Position numbers and translations under genes: made by a program. Below are positions 53,237 to 64,000 of a DNA stretch of 64,000 nt, in pieces. The notes beneath the pieces were generated by a model, which saw only the letters and a program-made list of their open reading frames with translations, ran no database searches and was not told the DNA's origin. Every line of letters begins with the position of its first letter. The stretch's first letter is position 1. Location of the stretch: the sequence record PP456879.1; one strand, given 5' to 3'.

Positions 53237-56200
53237 ATGCGCTTAAATATTACACAGTTTCTGAAAAATTATAGTGTACGCGAATATGCTAAACTTCAGT
53301 CACCTAAGTTGCATGCTCTAAATAAACTTGATCTACCTTTCGAATCCATTTATCAGTTCTTCGATGGTAATAATGCAGTAATGGGTCCTAGTCAAACAGA
53401 CCCATTATTCTCCAAACATCAAGGTAAAGTATATATTGAGCATGTTACTGATATGCTTACATTTGAAGGTAATCCACGTAGGACTTCAAATATCCCAGCA
53501 ACAATGATTCAAGAGTTTCGCCGCCAGAACCGTTTCTTTAAACCTTTACGCAGTGATACCGGTTTTAAATTATCAAACCAGAACATTTTGGTAATGAATT
53601 ATAATTTAATTAACCCTCAATGGAATTATATGGCTTCTTATAAAGCTACATGGTTCCGTTGGTCAAATGACATGCGTACATTCTGGAGTGGCGTAGCGGC
53701 TGCATGTGAACGTTTTCCTGGTTGGAACCAGTTCATTGATGTACACTTACCTGAGTTAGTTCCACCTCCTTCTTCTTTTAATAAACTACGAGGGGGTTTA
53801 ACTCAAGATCTAGCTAATCAATTCAATACACCTGATATTCTAAATATATTTGATTTAGTTCGCTGGGTTTCTGATGATCGTGAAAGTTCTTTCATGAATG
53901 TCATCGATGCTAAGTATTACGGTAACATTAATCTTTTATTCCGTGTACAAAGTTCATTCTTTGTTATTAACTTAGGGATGCTTGATCAATGGCGTCGTGA
54001 TCCAGAAATTAAAGATGATAAAGGTTATGATACCCAGCAAATAGCTAGGCGCCTTATTTCACTAGTATCAGCGATGGTTGAATATAACCAAGGTAATACT
54101 TCATTAATTAAAGAAGATACGCCTATCTTTAATGAAGATATTATTGTTGATGAAGAAACTCCGGTTAGTTATGAAGAAGGTGAAGCAGAAGAGGTTGAGG
54201 ATGTTGAGTCTAATAACGTTGAAGAAGAAGTAACTGAAGTTGATGTTATTGATGATGTTCAATTTGACCCAACCAACTTAACTAACTTAATTGATATTGG
54301 CGCAATTGAGGTAACATATACCCCACCACCAGAAAGTGATCTTGAGGTAACAAAGCTTATCATTGAAAAAGATCCACTGGAATCTTCACCTTCTCGCCAA
54401 ATTAAAGAAGAGAAGGAACTCATTGTAACAGATGTACCAGAAGATGAGTTATTCATCAATACTGAAGTTGATGAAGAAGATAAACTAATCGATGCCATTA
54501 GAGCTAAAGCATACGACATGTATCGCGTGAATATGATTTCTGCGAATACATTCGAGCAAGCTCAAGAAGATTCGATTATGTATCGTCGTCTACCTGATCC
54601 ATTTACCGATCCTAATGATGAATCAGTAGAACCTATGACGATCGCTGAGGCGATGGAATATCATCCAGATGATCTTAAGATTCCAGAAGACACCACTTTT
54701 GAAGATAAGCCAACCATTGTTGATAAATCAATGTTGGGTAGTAAGTTAAAAGCCATCCAACGCAAATACAACAAGGTCTTATTAAAGAAAGATATTTTAA
54801 ACAGTGTGTTATCTGTTCAGAAACAAGGCGTATCAGTAACTAATTACAAAATTGAAACTGTACGCGATTCTGGTAACCATTACCAAATCCACAAAGTTAC
54901 ATTAAAGCCTATTCGTGGTAGAAGTTCACAAGTAATGTTCCGTATCCCTGTCATTGATAATGACGGTAGGTTCATGTCTAATGGGGTAACATATCGCCAA
55001 CGTTTACAACGTGCTGATATTCCAATTCGTAAAGTTAATCCACGTAAAGTTGCATTGACCTCTTATTATAATAAGACCTTTGTGACCAGATCTGAACGTG
55101 CTGAAAACAACTTTGATAATTGGTTAATCAGAGCGATTACCAACCGTGCATTAGATGGAAGTGATATGTCTGTACATTCAGTTACCTATGCTGAATTAGA
55201 TCAATCCAACTATGTTCTACCAAGGGTGTACACTACTTTAGGAACAGCTTTTAAAGGCTTCCATAATCACCGTAATGTGTTCTATTTTAATTTCAAAGAT
55301 CGTAATGAATTCTTTGCAAAACAAGGATTACATATCGAAGATTATGAAACTGATGATTTGATAATGGTGGGGTTCAATGGCACTGATGCTATCTTGTTAG
55401 ATAAGAATTCCATCTTTTACATGAAAACAGGTAATGAGCTAGAACCTATTGGTACCATTACAGATATACTTGGCTTAGATCTAACCAAAGCGCCGTTAGA
55501 AGCTATTCTAATGTCAATTGGTGGTAAAGAGCTACCATTAGGTTTCATTTTAGCATATCACCATGGCTTAAACAATCTACTTAAGAAGTTGAATGTTAAT
55601 TATCAGCGTCATCAGCGTGGTACCAGGATTGTTGTCAATAGTACGGATTATACATTAGCGTTCGCTGATGAGATCCTAGTATTTGATCGAGCTGATTATA
55701 AAGCAATGCTTGTATTAAGTGGACTCAAACGTTATCATAAATCACTGCGGCGTTATTCTGTTTATGATTTCAATAAACGAGATGTTTACTTCAGGGTTCT
55801 TGAAGAAGCTGGATTAAGTAATAGATTTACACGTGATATTGATACACTCTTCTCAGCATGGGTCGATCCAATCACTGAGGGTCTACTCAAGGAGATGGGT
55901 GAACCAACTACTTTTGAAGGATTGCTTTATCGGTCTGTCGAGTTATTAACGAACGACTGGAGTCCAGCAGAAGTAGATGGTGCATATATGCGCTATCGTG
56001 GTTATGAGCGCATGGCAGGGGCTATTTTTAATGAACTCAATAGAGCGGTACGTGTATTTAATATGCGTAATGGTGGGTCAGTGCAAACTGTCGAGTTAGA
56101 TCCACACGTGATCTGGCGCAAGATTGTACAAGATCCGACAGTAGCCACTATTGAAGATTCTAACCCCATTGCAAATATCCGTGAACAAGAAGCGATGACT

Positions 56201-57592
56201 TATCGTGGAGATGGTGGGCGCGGTTCAACTTCAATGGTTGCACGTACACGTATTTACGGTGAAGCGGATGTTGGTGTGGTTAGTGAATCAACTGTTGACT
56301 CAGGTGACGTTGGCGTTATTGCTTACTTAGTACCTGATGCTAACTTTGTAAACATGCGTGGTGTTACGCGTATGTTTGATCCAAAGACAGATGGACCAGC
56401 TAGACTACTTTCAACTAGTGCACTGCTTGGTGTTGCAACCGAACATGATGACCCTAAGCGAATTAACTTTATCTCAATTCAGCAGCAGCAAGGTATTTAT
56501 GCTGATGGGTATACAGTTACACCAGTTCGTACAGGCTATGAACAAATCATAGCCCAAAGGACTAGTTCTATCTTTGCTGTAGCAGCAGAACAAGATGGTG
56601 AGGTTGTAGCTATTGATGAATATGGTATCCAAGTTAAATATGCCGATGGTAATGTATTTGGATATCAATTAGGTACAGTTCATGGCACAGCAGCTGGTGT
56701 TAACTATCCACACATTCTTGTTACCTCATTAAAGAAAGGTGATAAGTTTAAACGTGGAGATACTATCACATATAACAAACGTTATTTCTCTGAAGATAGG
56801 TATACGCCTGGGCAAGTATTATGGAAAGCCGGTTGTATGGCTGTTGTAGCATTTGATGATAACCTTGACACTTTAGAAGACGGTTCAGTTATTTCTGAAG
56901 ACCTAGCTAAAAGGTTAAATACTCAAACAACTGCAATCAAGAATATCGATGTTAGGTTTGATCAGACTATTCGAGATATGGTGAAAGTTGGGGATCATGT
57001 CGACTTAAATTCAATTCTATGTATAATTGAAGATCCTGAAACAGCTGCTCACTCACTATATGACGAGGCATCTATTGAGACATTACGCAAACTATCAGCA
57101 TATTCGCCACGTGCTAAGCTCGTAGGTACAGTATCAAAGATTGAATGCTTCTATCATGGTGAAATAGACGATATGACACCAAGTTTACAAGCATTAGCTA
57201 ATACGTCAGATAAACAACGCGCTGAACGAGCTAAATCATTGAAAGAACCTACTTTCACTGGACAAGTAGATGCTAACTATCGAGTGAAAGGACGAGCCTT
57301 AGAATATGACCACATGATTATTCGAGTGTATATCGATCATGATATCCCATGTGGTGTTGGAGATAAAGGCGTAGTAGCTAACCAGATGAAAACGGTATTC
57401 TCCCGTGTAATGACTGGACGTAATGAAACTGAAGATGGCCGTAATATTGATCTACTATTCGGTAATACATCGGTAGAAGAACGAATGGTTCTATCTCCTA
57501 AAATCATTGCTACAACAACTGGTATCTTGTGGGCAGCTGGAAAACATCTTGTAGCTGTATATAGAGGAAACACTAATGCAAAAGCTAAGTAA
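53237..57592 (+). CDS. rpoB: virion RNA polymerase beta subunit (phiKZ gp178-like)
   Basis: 1451 aa; SNGVTY..RLQR, DSGDVG, HDDPKR.NF...QQQ, LEDG.VIS, GVGDKG..ANQMKTV, ERM. Confidence 0.92.
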   Translation: MRLNITQFLKNYSVREYAKLQSPKLHALNKLDLPFESIYQFFDGNNAVMGPSQTDPLFSKHQGKVYIEHVTDMLTFEGNPRRTSNIPATMIQEFRRQNRFFKPLRSDTGFKLSNQNILVMNYNLINPQWNYMASYKATWFRWSNDMRTFWSGVAAACERFPGWNQFIDVHLPELVPPPSSFNKLRGGLTQDLANQFNTPDILNIFDLVRWVSDDRESSFMNVIDAKYYGNINLLFRVQSSFFVINLGMLDQWRRDPEIKDDKGYDTQQIARRLISLVSAMVEYNQGNTSLIKEDTPIFNEDIIVDEETPVSYEEGEAEEVEDVESNNVEEEVTEVDVIDDVQFDPTNLTNLIDIGAIEVTYTPPPESDLEVTKLIIEKDPLESSPSRQIKEEKELIVTDVPEDELFINTEVDEEDKLIDAIRAKAYDMYRVNMISANTFEQAQEDSIMYRRLPDPFTDPNDESVEPMTIAEAMEYHPDDLKIPEDTTFEDKPTIVDKSMLGSKLKAIQRKYNKVLLKKDILNSVLSVQKQGVSVTNYKIETVRDSGNHYQIHKVTLKPIRGRSSQVMFRIPVIDNDGRFMSNGVTYRQRLQRADIPIRKVNPRKVALTSYYNKTFVTRSERAENNFDNWLIRAITNRALDGSDMSVHSVTYAELDQSNYVLPRVYTTLGTAFKGFHNHRNVFYFNFKDRNEFFAKQGLHIEDYETDDLIMVGFNGTDAILLDKNSIFYMKTGNELEPIGTITDILGLDLTKAPLEAILMSIGGKELPLGFILAYHHGLNNLLKKLNVNYQRHQRGTRIVVNSTDYTLAFADEILVFDRADYKAMLVLSGLKRYHKSLRRYSVYDFNKRDVYFRVLEEAGLSNRFTRDIDTLFSAWVDPITEGLLKEMGEPTTFEGLLYRSVELLTNDWSPAEVDGAYMRYRGYERMAGAIFNELNRAVRVFNMRNGGSVQTVELDPHVIWRKIVQDPTVATIEDSNPIANIREQEAMTYRGDGGRGSTSMVARTRIYGEADVGVVSESTVDSGDVGVIAYLVPDANFVNMRGVTRMFDPKTDGPARLLSTSALLGVATEHDDPKRINFISIQQQQGIYADGYTVTPVRTGYEQIIAQRTSSIFAVAAEQDGEVVAIDEYGIQVKYADGNVFGYQLGTVHGTAAGVNYPHILVTSLKKGDKFKRGDTITYNKRYFSEDRYTPGQVLWKAGCMAVVAFDDNLDTLEDGSVISEDLAKRLNTQTTAIKNIDVRFDQTIRDMVKVGDHVDLNSILCIIEDPETAAHSLYDEASIETLRKLSAYSPRAKLVGTVSKIECFYHGEIDDMTPSLQALANTSDKQRAERAKSLKEPTFTGQVDANYRVKGRALEYDHMIIRVYIDHDIPCGVGDKGVVANQMKTVFSRVMTGRNETEDGRNIDLLFGNTSVEERMVLSPKIIATTTGILWAAGKHLVAVYRGNTNAKAK

Positions 57593-57773
57593 TAATGTAG
57601 CACATGGTCAGAACATTGCTGTTCTTCATGCTGCTGTTAAACTAGGTACTCAAGCAATTCTACAATCGCTTGGTGGCACCACCAGCTCCCCATCTCTGAA
57701 TGGGGAGTTTTTAACTGAGGCTGATATTGCAGCAGCTTTAAACGCTCGCTTAATGAAGAACCTCAATATCTAA
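57576..57773 (+). CDS. small 65-aa protein overlapping the end of the RNAP beta gene
   Basis: SD AGAGGA inside rpoB; exactly fills the gap before 57785. Confidence 0.6.
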   Translation: MQKLSNNVAHGQNIAVLHAAVKLGTQAILQSLGGTTSSPSLNGEFLTEADIAAALNARLMKNLNI

Positions 57774-57784
57774 GGAGTGTTAAA

Positions 57785-59344
57785 ATGTTCTGTAAAGAAA
57801 CCCAAGCTGCGATTGTTGGCTCAGCACGTAGTCTAACTGAGGATAACCTTGTTCTAGTTATCCCTAATGAAACATATCCCCTTGCGGTCTTTGCAGATGG
57901 TTTCAGTGTAGATGGCAACTCTAATAAAGTTGCCCTCTCTGAAGAGCTGGAAGCATCTGTAGAAGAGTTCTTCGAGGAAGCTAACCAAGAGCAACCTGTT
58001 AGTGTAGAAGAAGAGCAAGAAGCTCTGATTGCACATGTCTGCTCATCATTACAAAAGATCCAATTCAATACGCAGAATGTTATTTGCCCTGCAATTGAAT
58101 ATATGGTACGTGTTTTTAATGAGCGTCAAAGCATTAGTTGTCAACCAGATGTAAGCGCTACATTCTACCACTATAATGCAGTTCATAGTGATCCCCGCTT
58201 AACTGCACACGTTAGTACACGATACAATAATTTACAGCCGCTACCTGAGTATCGTACCTTTATTCTAGAATCAATTGATGCTAATGAAATTATTCGGTTA
58301 GTGTCAATGGGTAATCCGCATCTAGATCAAACTGAAGTTGAAGAATGGCTACTATCTATTCCTAATAGTGCCGCTGTTATTGAAGGTGTGTGGAATTCTA
58401 TCTTCAATGATGGTCGTCTTCTCATTCCAGGTGAACTTGAATATGTTGTGGGTAGGTCCTTCCCATTCACTGTTGATTCACTAGCTCTGGCTTACATGAT
58501 TTGCGGTCACTACATCGATAACCCGGTTGAAGTTATTGGCGAGAGTGATGTTGACCTAGAAACATGGTCACTAACTATTCGTAAACTACATGAGATGTTT
58601 GGATTCTATCTCAAGCGTGCTTATGAACGTCGTCAAGCTGATCGTGATGCAGGTCTACTCATCCTAGCCTCAGAAGCTAATAATGTAGTTGCTAATTCTC
58701 GTTGCAAAGTAATCATTAATGGTGATGTTGCACCTCAATTTGAATTAGCCGGTGGTGACATCCAAGCTATCCTTGGTGCAGCTGTAGCAGGTAGTAATAA
58801 CATTTACCTAGAACAGATTCTTAATAACTCAGAACAGTTTATTCAACGTTGGCTATCAGTATATCCGCTGATTAAACAATCGGCTATGGATAAAGGTTTA
58901 CGTAAACTACGCAATGACATTCATGAATCATTTATGGATGGTGTCATTAATACTGAACTTAAAGATCGCCATGTTAATGAACTCGAATATCGTATTAAAG
59001 AAGCAATGAGTACGATGACGACTGAAGATCTTAAGAATCCTTATATCACCTTTGGTAAACTTATCTGTAAAACATTCTTTACAGAAAATGTTTACTGGCA
59101 ATATCTGCTAGCAGTTGATGAATTTAGTCAAATGTATCCTGAGGCCACTCTACGTGAACTCAATACACAATCACTAATTTCACTAATGGCAGCATGGCTG
59201 TCTCAACAGATTAAAGTTGAGCGGTTCACTGGTGTTGTTGATCCTTATGCAAAACTACCAGTAAAAGAAGTTATTGAAACTGTAGAAGATGATAGCACTG
59301 AAACTTTAGATGATGTTGAAATCGAAGAAGAAGTTTCTAATTAA
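57785..59344 (+). CDS. virion structural protein (phiKZ gp177-like)
   Basis: 519 aa, SD AGGAG, acidic termini, synteny. Confidence 0.7.
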   Translation: MFCKETQAAIVGSARSLTEDNLVLVIPNETYPLAVFADGFSVDGNSNKVALSEELEASVEEFFEEANQEQPVSVEEEQEALIAHVCSSLQKIQFNTQNVICPAIEYMVRVFNERQSISCQPDVSATFYHYNAVHSDPRLTAHVSTRYNNLQPLPEYRTFILESIDANEIIRLVSMGNPHLDQTEVEEWLLSIPNSAAVIEGVWNSIFNDGRLLIPGELEYVVGRSFPFTVDSLALAYMICGHYIDNPVEVIGESDVDLETWSLTIRKLHEMFGFYLKRAYERRQADRDAGLLILASEANNVVANSRCKVIINGDVAPQFELAGGDIQAILGAAVAGSNNIYLEQILNNSEQFIQRWLSVYPLIKQSAMDKGLRKLRNDIHESFMDGVINTELKDRHVNELEYRIKEAMSTMTTEDLKNPYITFGKLICKTFFTENVYWQYLLAVDEFSQMYPEATLRELNTQSLISLMAAWLSQQIKVERFTGVVDPYAKLPVKEVIETVEDDSTETLDDVEIEEEVSN

Positions 59345-59491
59345 ATTATCTTAATGGTTAATAATCATTAAAACATGCAATCGATGATAAACTCCGGTAT
59401 TTGGAAGGATACCGGAGTAATACAGCGAATATTTAAAGGTGCATGATTTTGATTAAGTATTTTAATCTTTACATAAATGAACAATTAGGAC

Positions 59492-60220
59492 ATGATAATG
59501 GACGTACGTTCTCTTCGACGGGATCCAGAACGGGTCCACAGTCATCTAACTGATTTAGAAGATAATTCAGTAGTAACTAATGCCCCATGTAAAATACAGA
59601 TTCCAGAAAGATTTACAGGAAGACATCTAGCTGTTATTGGTAGTGAAGTATTCACTATTGGTATATTTCCTATTATTTTTAATGATGAATATTACGCAGT
59701 AAATAATACCATTGCAATGATGCGGATAAATCCAATCTCTACTGAACGCGTCCACATCAATGGTGAAGTTTATCTAGAATTTCATTTTGATAAAGGTAGT
59801 AAGATTTTCCAGAATACTTACTTAGTTGTTAATGATACATTAACTTACTATGTCTATGATGAGTTAATTAACAAAGGAAACTTCCCTTGGTATATTAACT
59901 ATTATGACAAAGCCAAATTATTTGAGACAGCTAATTTACACGCTGGTGTTAACCTTGGTGGATGGCCTACATTACAACTTATTATTTCAACCACTCAGCG
60001 TGCCTCGGATGATATATCACAACTATATCGACATGTGTTAACTAGACACAGTGATATCGTGGATAATCCACCAGTCGACGTACCATTCCGTTCAGTTATC
60101 TGGAATACTTCAGACACAACATCAAAACTCAATGGGGCTTATTTTGATCAAGGTATCACATCAGCACTTGTTAACCCATCTGAGTCAGTAGAGCTTATTG
60201 AAGAACTCCTCAGGACCTAA
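59492..60220 (+). CDS. virion structural protein (phiKZ gp176-like)
   Basis: 242 aa, SD AGGA, immediately upstream of the protease. Confidence 0.7.
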   Translation: MIMDVRSLRRDPERVHSHLTDLEDNSVVTNAPCKIQIPERFTGRHLAVIGSEVFTIGIFPIIFNDEYYAVNNTIAMMRINPISTERVHINGEVYLEFHFDKGSKIFQNTYLVVNDTLTYYVYDELINKGNFPWYINYYDKAKLFETANLHAGVNLGGWPTLQLIISTTQRASDDISQLYRHVLTRHSDIVDNPPVDVPFRSVIWNTSDTTSKLNGAYFDQGITSALVNPSESVELIEELLRT

Positions 60221-60231
60221 GGAGTTGCGTT

Positions 60232-61044
60232 ATGCAACCATATTCTAATTTTTCTGGTTTGCAACAGCGTACTAATAACCAAGTAGTTATCGGCAGTGAT
60301 ATGTTAGCCGGTACTAATAAAAAAGGTGTATTAGTACCTGATGCGGATGGTTACTATCTAACTCCACTAGGAGCTTATGGTACCCGAAATTCAGCTGGTA
60401 TGTTCTATGAAATGGCATCCGGCGTATCTATGTTTAATCCAGACTCACCTTTAATGCGCCGTGTTAAAAAGGGTGTTCTATTCATGGAATACAAACACCC
60501 TGAACCCTATCGTAAAGATGGCACACGGATGAATGAACATGAGTACCTAATGCGAATTCGTCAAATCGATGATGATCGTGTGTGTGCGCATATTAAGGAA
60601 CTTATTCTGGTTGATTCTACAGATGAGAAAGGTCTTCCTATTAAACTAGTACTTGGCAAATGCAAACCATACGGTCCTTTTGGTAAGTACTTCGAAGCAT
60701 CTATTACCAATCCTTCTCAGAATACTTATTGCTCGGTAAGGTCAATAACTCAAGATGATCCTATGCGCGGTATCAAATATACCCGTGAGATTTCAACTTG
60801 GGATATGGTTGGGGAAGGTGGTATTTACGGTGCTAATAAATGGAATTCCCCTGCATTAGAGAACTATGAAGATCAATTAATGGTTATCACGCCTGATACT
60901 CTATATCAGGTACAGCGTGAACGTGAACGTCAAATTAACATGGGTTTTGAATGTTCTGATATCACCAATGTGACAGATCTAGCGAAAAGTCTTGGCTGGG
61001 ATATTTCACCAGTTAAACATAGGCGACCTGGCTTCATGCGTTAA
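60232..61044 (+). CDS. prohead (head maturation) serine protease, phiKZ gp175-like
   Basis: 270 aa; EYKHP (H89) and YCSVRS (S168) candidate catalytic residues; ALE at 208-210 is a likely autocleavage site (S/A/G-X-E specificity). Confidence 0.88.
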   Translation: MQPYSNFSGLQQRTNNQVVIGSDMLAGTNKKGVLVPDADGYYLTPLGAYGTRNSAGMFYEMASGVSMFNPDSPLMRRVKKGVLFMEYKHPEPYRKDGTRMNEHEYLMRIRQIDDDRVCAHIKELILVDSTDEKGLPIKLVLGKCKPYGPFGKYFEASITNPSQNTYCSVRSITQDDPMRGIKYTREISTWDMVGEGGIYGANKWNSPALENYEDQLMVITPDTLYQVQRERERQINMGFECSDITNVTDLAKSLGWDISPVKHRRPGFMR

Positions 61045-61065
61045 AAATAAAAAAAAAGACATAAT

Positions 61066-61086
61066 GCCCTCCCGTAATGGGAGGGC
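61066..61086. terminator. bidirectional terminator between convergent genes
   Basis: GCCCTCCC-GTAAT-GGGAGGGC with CATAA/TTATG extensions. Confidence 0.8.
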
Positions 61087-61094
61087 TTATGCTG

Positions 61095-62231
<1,137 letters not shown>

Positions 62232-62241
62232 TTAAAAACTA

Positions 62242-63168
62242 CTATTTTTTATAAGCAATAAATTTTCCAATATGCTTGAATCCCTTACAACTAATAGTAA
62301 CTTTAATCGGATATTTAGCCTTCATTACATAAATTAACCTGGACATATTAAACGGCGCATAAAGTATAAAATCATTATCTACCATTTCTTTATGGAATGC
62401 ATTAATCTTATCTTGGACTAGTTTAATATAATCCTCATCATTAATAATACTTTGTTTATCTGAAATAACAATCTTATCTACAGTATCGCCTTCAGCACAT
62501 AGTCTTTCATATACCTCAGTACGGATAAATGTATTAACTGCGATATATGTATTTTCTGTTACTTGTGTAGCTTGTGCACTATAAATATCACTAATACAGT
62601 AATTAGGTTTATATGGACCAAATGGATCAATAATATCTTTAATAGATACACTCTTTTTTGGTAGAACATGGGGTGTTTCTAAAAATGAAACACTGTCATG
62701 TGCATCAATATCTAAATACTTATTGACTAGTGGGGCAACGCGGTTGAATGCCTCTTCATAGATAGCATACATGTAGCCACGGTAATCTGGTAAAGACGCA
62801 TAATAATTACGCTGAACAACAGTCTCGCAACTACTAACATAATTATAAAAAATATCTGCGTGCCTTAAAACATTATTAAATTCATCTACGCCTAGAATTG
62901 AACTAATCCAACTAACATCATTATCGTGGATAAATATAGCTAAACGAAGGTTTTGCCGTTTTGGATTAGTTTCATCTTGGAATGGATATGTTGTATATAG
63001 CTCAGTGATAGCTTGTTTAACTACATCAGGTGATTCATTGAAAAATTCTTTTGAGAATTGATCAATTGACATATTTTGTCTTTGCTGATATAGTTCATTA
63101 ATACGTGCTTCTACTTGCACAAGGAAGTTAATCTTTTTACTGATTTTAAGGCTATGTTCAGTATGCAT
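62242..63168 (-). CDS. hypothetical protein (likely start MHTEHS)
   Basis: long ORF on the coding strand. Confidence 0.7.
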   Translation of the reverse strand: MHTEHSLKISKKINFLVQVEARINELYQQRQNMSIDQFSKEFFNESPDVVKQAITELYTTYPFQDETNPKRQNLRLAIFIHDNDVSWISSILGVDEFNNVLRHADIFYNYVSSCETVVQRNYYASLPDYRGYMYAIYEEAFNRVAPLVNKYLDIDAHDSVSFLETPHVLPKKSVSIKDIIDPFGPYKPNYCISDIYSAQATQVTENTYIAVNTFIRTEVYERLCAEGDTVDKIVISDKQSIINDEDYIKLVQDKINAFHKEMVDNDFILYAPFNMSRLIYVMKAKYPIKVTISCKGFKHIGKFIAYKK

Positions 63169-63172
63169 TAAG

Positions 63173-63613
63173 TTATCTCTGTTTGATTGATTTAATAACA
63201 TCACAAACAATTTCAAACCATTCTTTTTCTTGAATGGTTAGGTTTGCTCCTGATAAAACTAATGGACCAAAACTTTTTGCTTTAAATAAAACGAATGGTC
63301 GACTATTAAGATTTAATAATAGGGTATCACGAAGGATATTGGTAAGTCCATCTACATATTGATACTTTAAACCATAGTCTAATTTATAATGGGAATTAAC
63401 CTCTGGTTGAAGAAAAGCCTTTTCTTTTTTACCAGTGATGAGATACATCCGAAGACCTTTGAATGAAAAGAAATTCTCATTATCAAGTGTGGTCTTCTTC
63501 TCTTTTCCATTAAACTGAAATAGATCAGGGAGCGGTGTATTACCGCTCTGATCTACAATGATGCTATCTACAGGATAATTATTTTGTACCCATGGGGTTT
63601 CTGGATTATTCAT
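63173..63613 (-). CDS. hypothetical protein (likely start MNNPETP)
   Basis: ATG 63613 overlaps the upstream stop. Confidence 0.65.
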   Translation of the reverse strand: MNNPETPWVQNNYPVDSIIVDQSGNTPLPDLFQFNGKEKKTTLDNENFFSFKGLRMYLITGKKEKAFLQPEVNSHYKLDYGLKYQYVDGLTNILRDTLLLNLNSRPFVLFKAKSFGPLVLSGANLTIQEKEWFEIVCDVIKSIKQR

Positions 63614-64000
63614 TTGAATTAGGCTCCACCCAATGAGGATCAGGTACAGGAACAATATGCACACTGTCCTCTAGTTTATCTCGAAGATTAGGATCATCAG
63701 TCCATTGTAGAGAAAGAGTGTATCTCTCCTCTTTAGGCCGTAGTAGTAGGAATCCACGTCTTAATGTATTCCAAGACATATTGGGCGATAGTAAACCACG
63801 CCTTTGTGTATTAGCCAATGAGGTAAGTTTCTTTTTATCCAATCCTACAAGGTTGACTGGATTATTTAAAAACTCTTCCCATAGCTTATCCCACTTCTCC
63901 TGGTTAATTCCTTCTTTCCAGAGAATATGCCTATACAGATGGGCCATTGTAGTTGTAGCTGGTTTTTGATTCTTAAAAATTTCACATTCTTCATAGGGGA
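63606..64000 (-). CDS. hypothetical protein, 5' end beyond window
   Basis: frame stays open from 63947 to the window edge (PYEECEIFKNQKPATTT-MAH...). Confidence 0.65.
   Translation of the reverse strand, partial: PYEECEIFKNQKPATTTMAHLYRHILWKEGINQEKWDKLWEEFLNNPVNLVGLDKKKLTSLANTQRRGLLSPNMSWNTLRRGFLLLRPKEERYTLSLQWTDDPNLRDKLEDSVHIVPVPDPHWVEPNSNE

Overview
AT-rich 64-kb segment of a phiKZ-like (Chimalliviridae, nucleus-forming) jumbo phage. The assignment rests on four things: a 2241-aa tail protein with a C-terminal lytic transglycosylase, split virion RNA polymerase subunits (550-aa beta-prime part with DFDGD; 1451-aa beta), a 270-aa prohead protease, and gene order. Gene order and sizes match my recollection of phiKZ gp174-gp246 (protease gp175, RNAP gp178/gp180, tail gp181, TMK gp188, helicase gp203, Dcd gp214, TS gp235); this numbering needs a BLAST check. 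The left ~42 kb is mostly minus-strand early/accessory genes in modules bounded by C(UUCG)G-type terminators and TATATTAC early promoters. The right ~22 kb is the conserved virion/vRNAP block. Highlights: (1) a Tad1-like anti-Thoeris/CBASS nucleotide-sponge domain fused behind an acidic propeptide-like segment at the end of a tail operon, possibly virion-delivered; (2) thyA split by a T4 td-like group I intron at QR|S, with a GIY-YIG endonuclease looped out of P9.1 and an anomalous start; (3) a GC-rich, potentially pseudoknotted ~170-nt intergenic element (ncRNA candidate) at 27.8-28.0 kb; (4) an SspB-like ClpXP adaptor and an HD alarmone hydrolase missed by the ORF track; (5) an exact 45-bp duplicated terminator-promoter cassette; (6) several small unlisted ORFs and tandem paralog families. 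No tRNA, rRNA or CRISPR array was seen.
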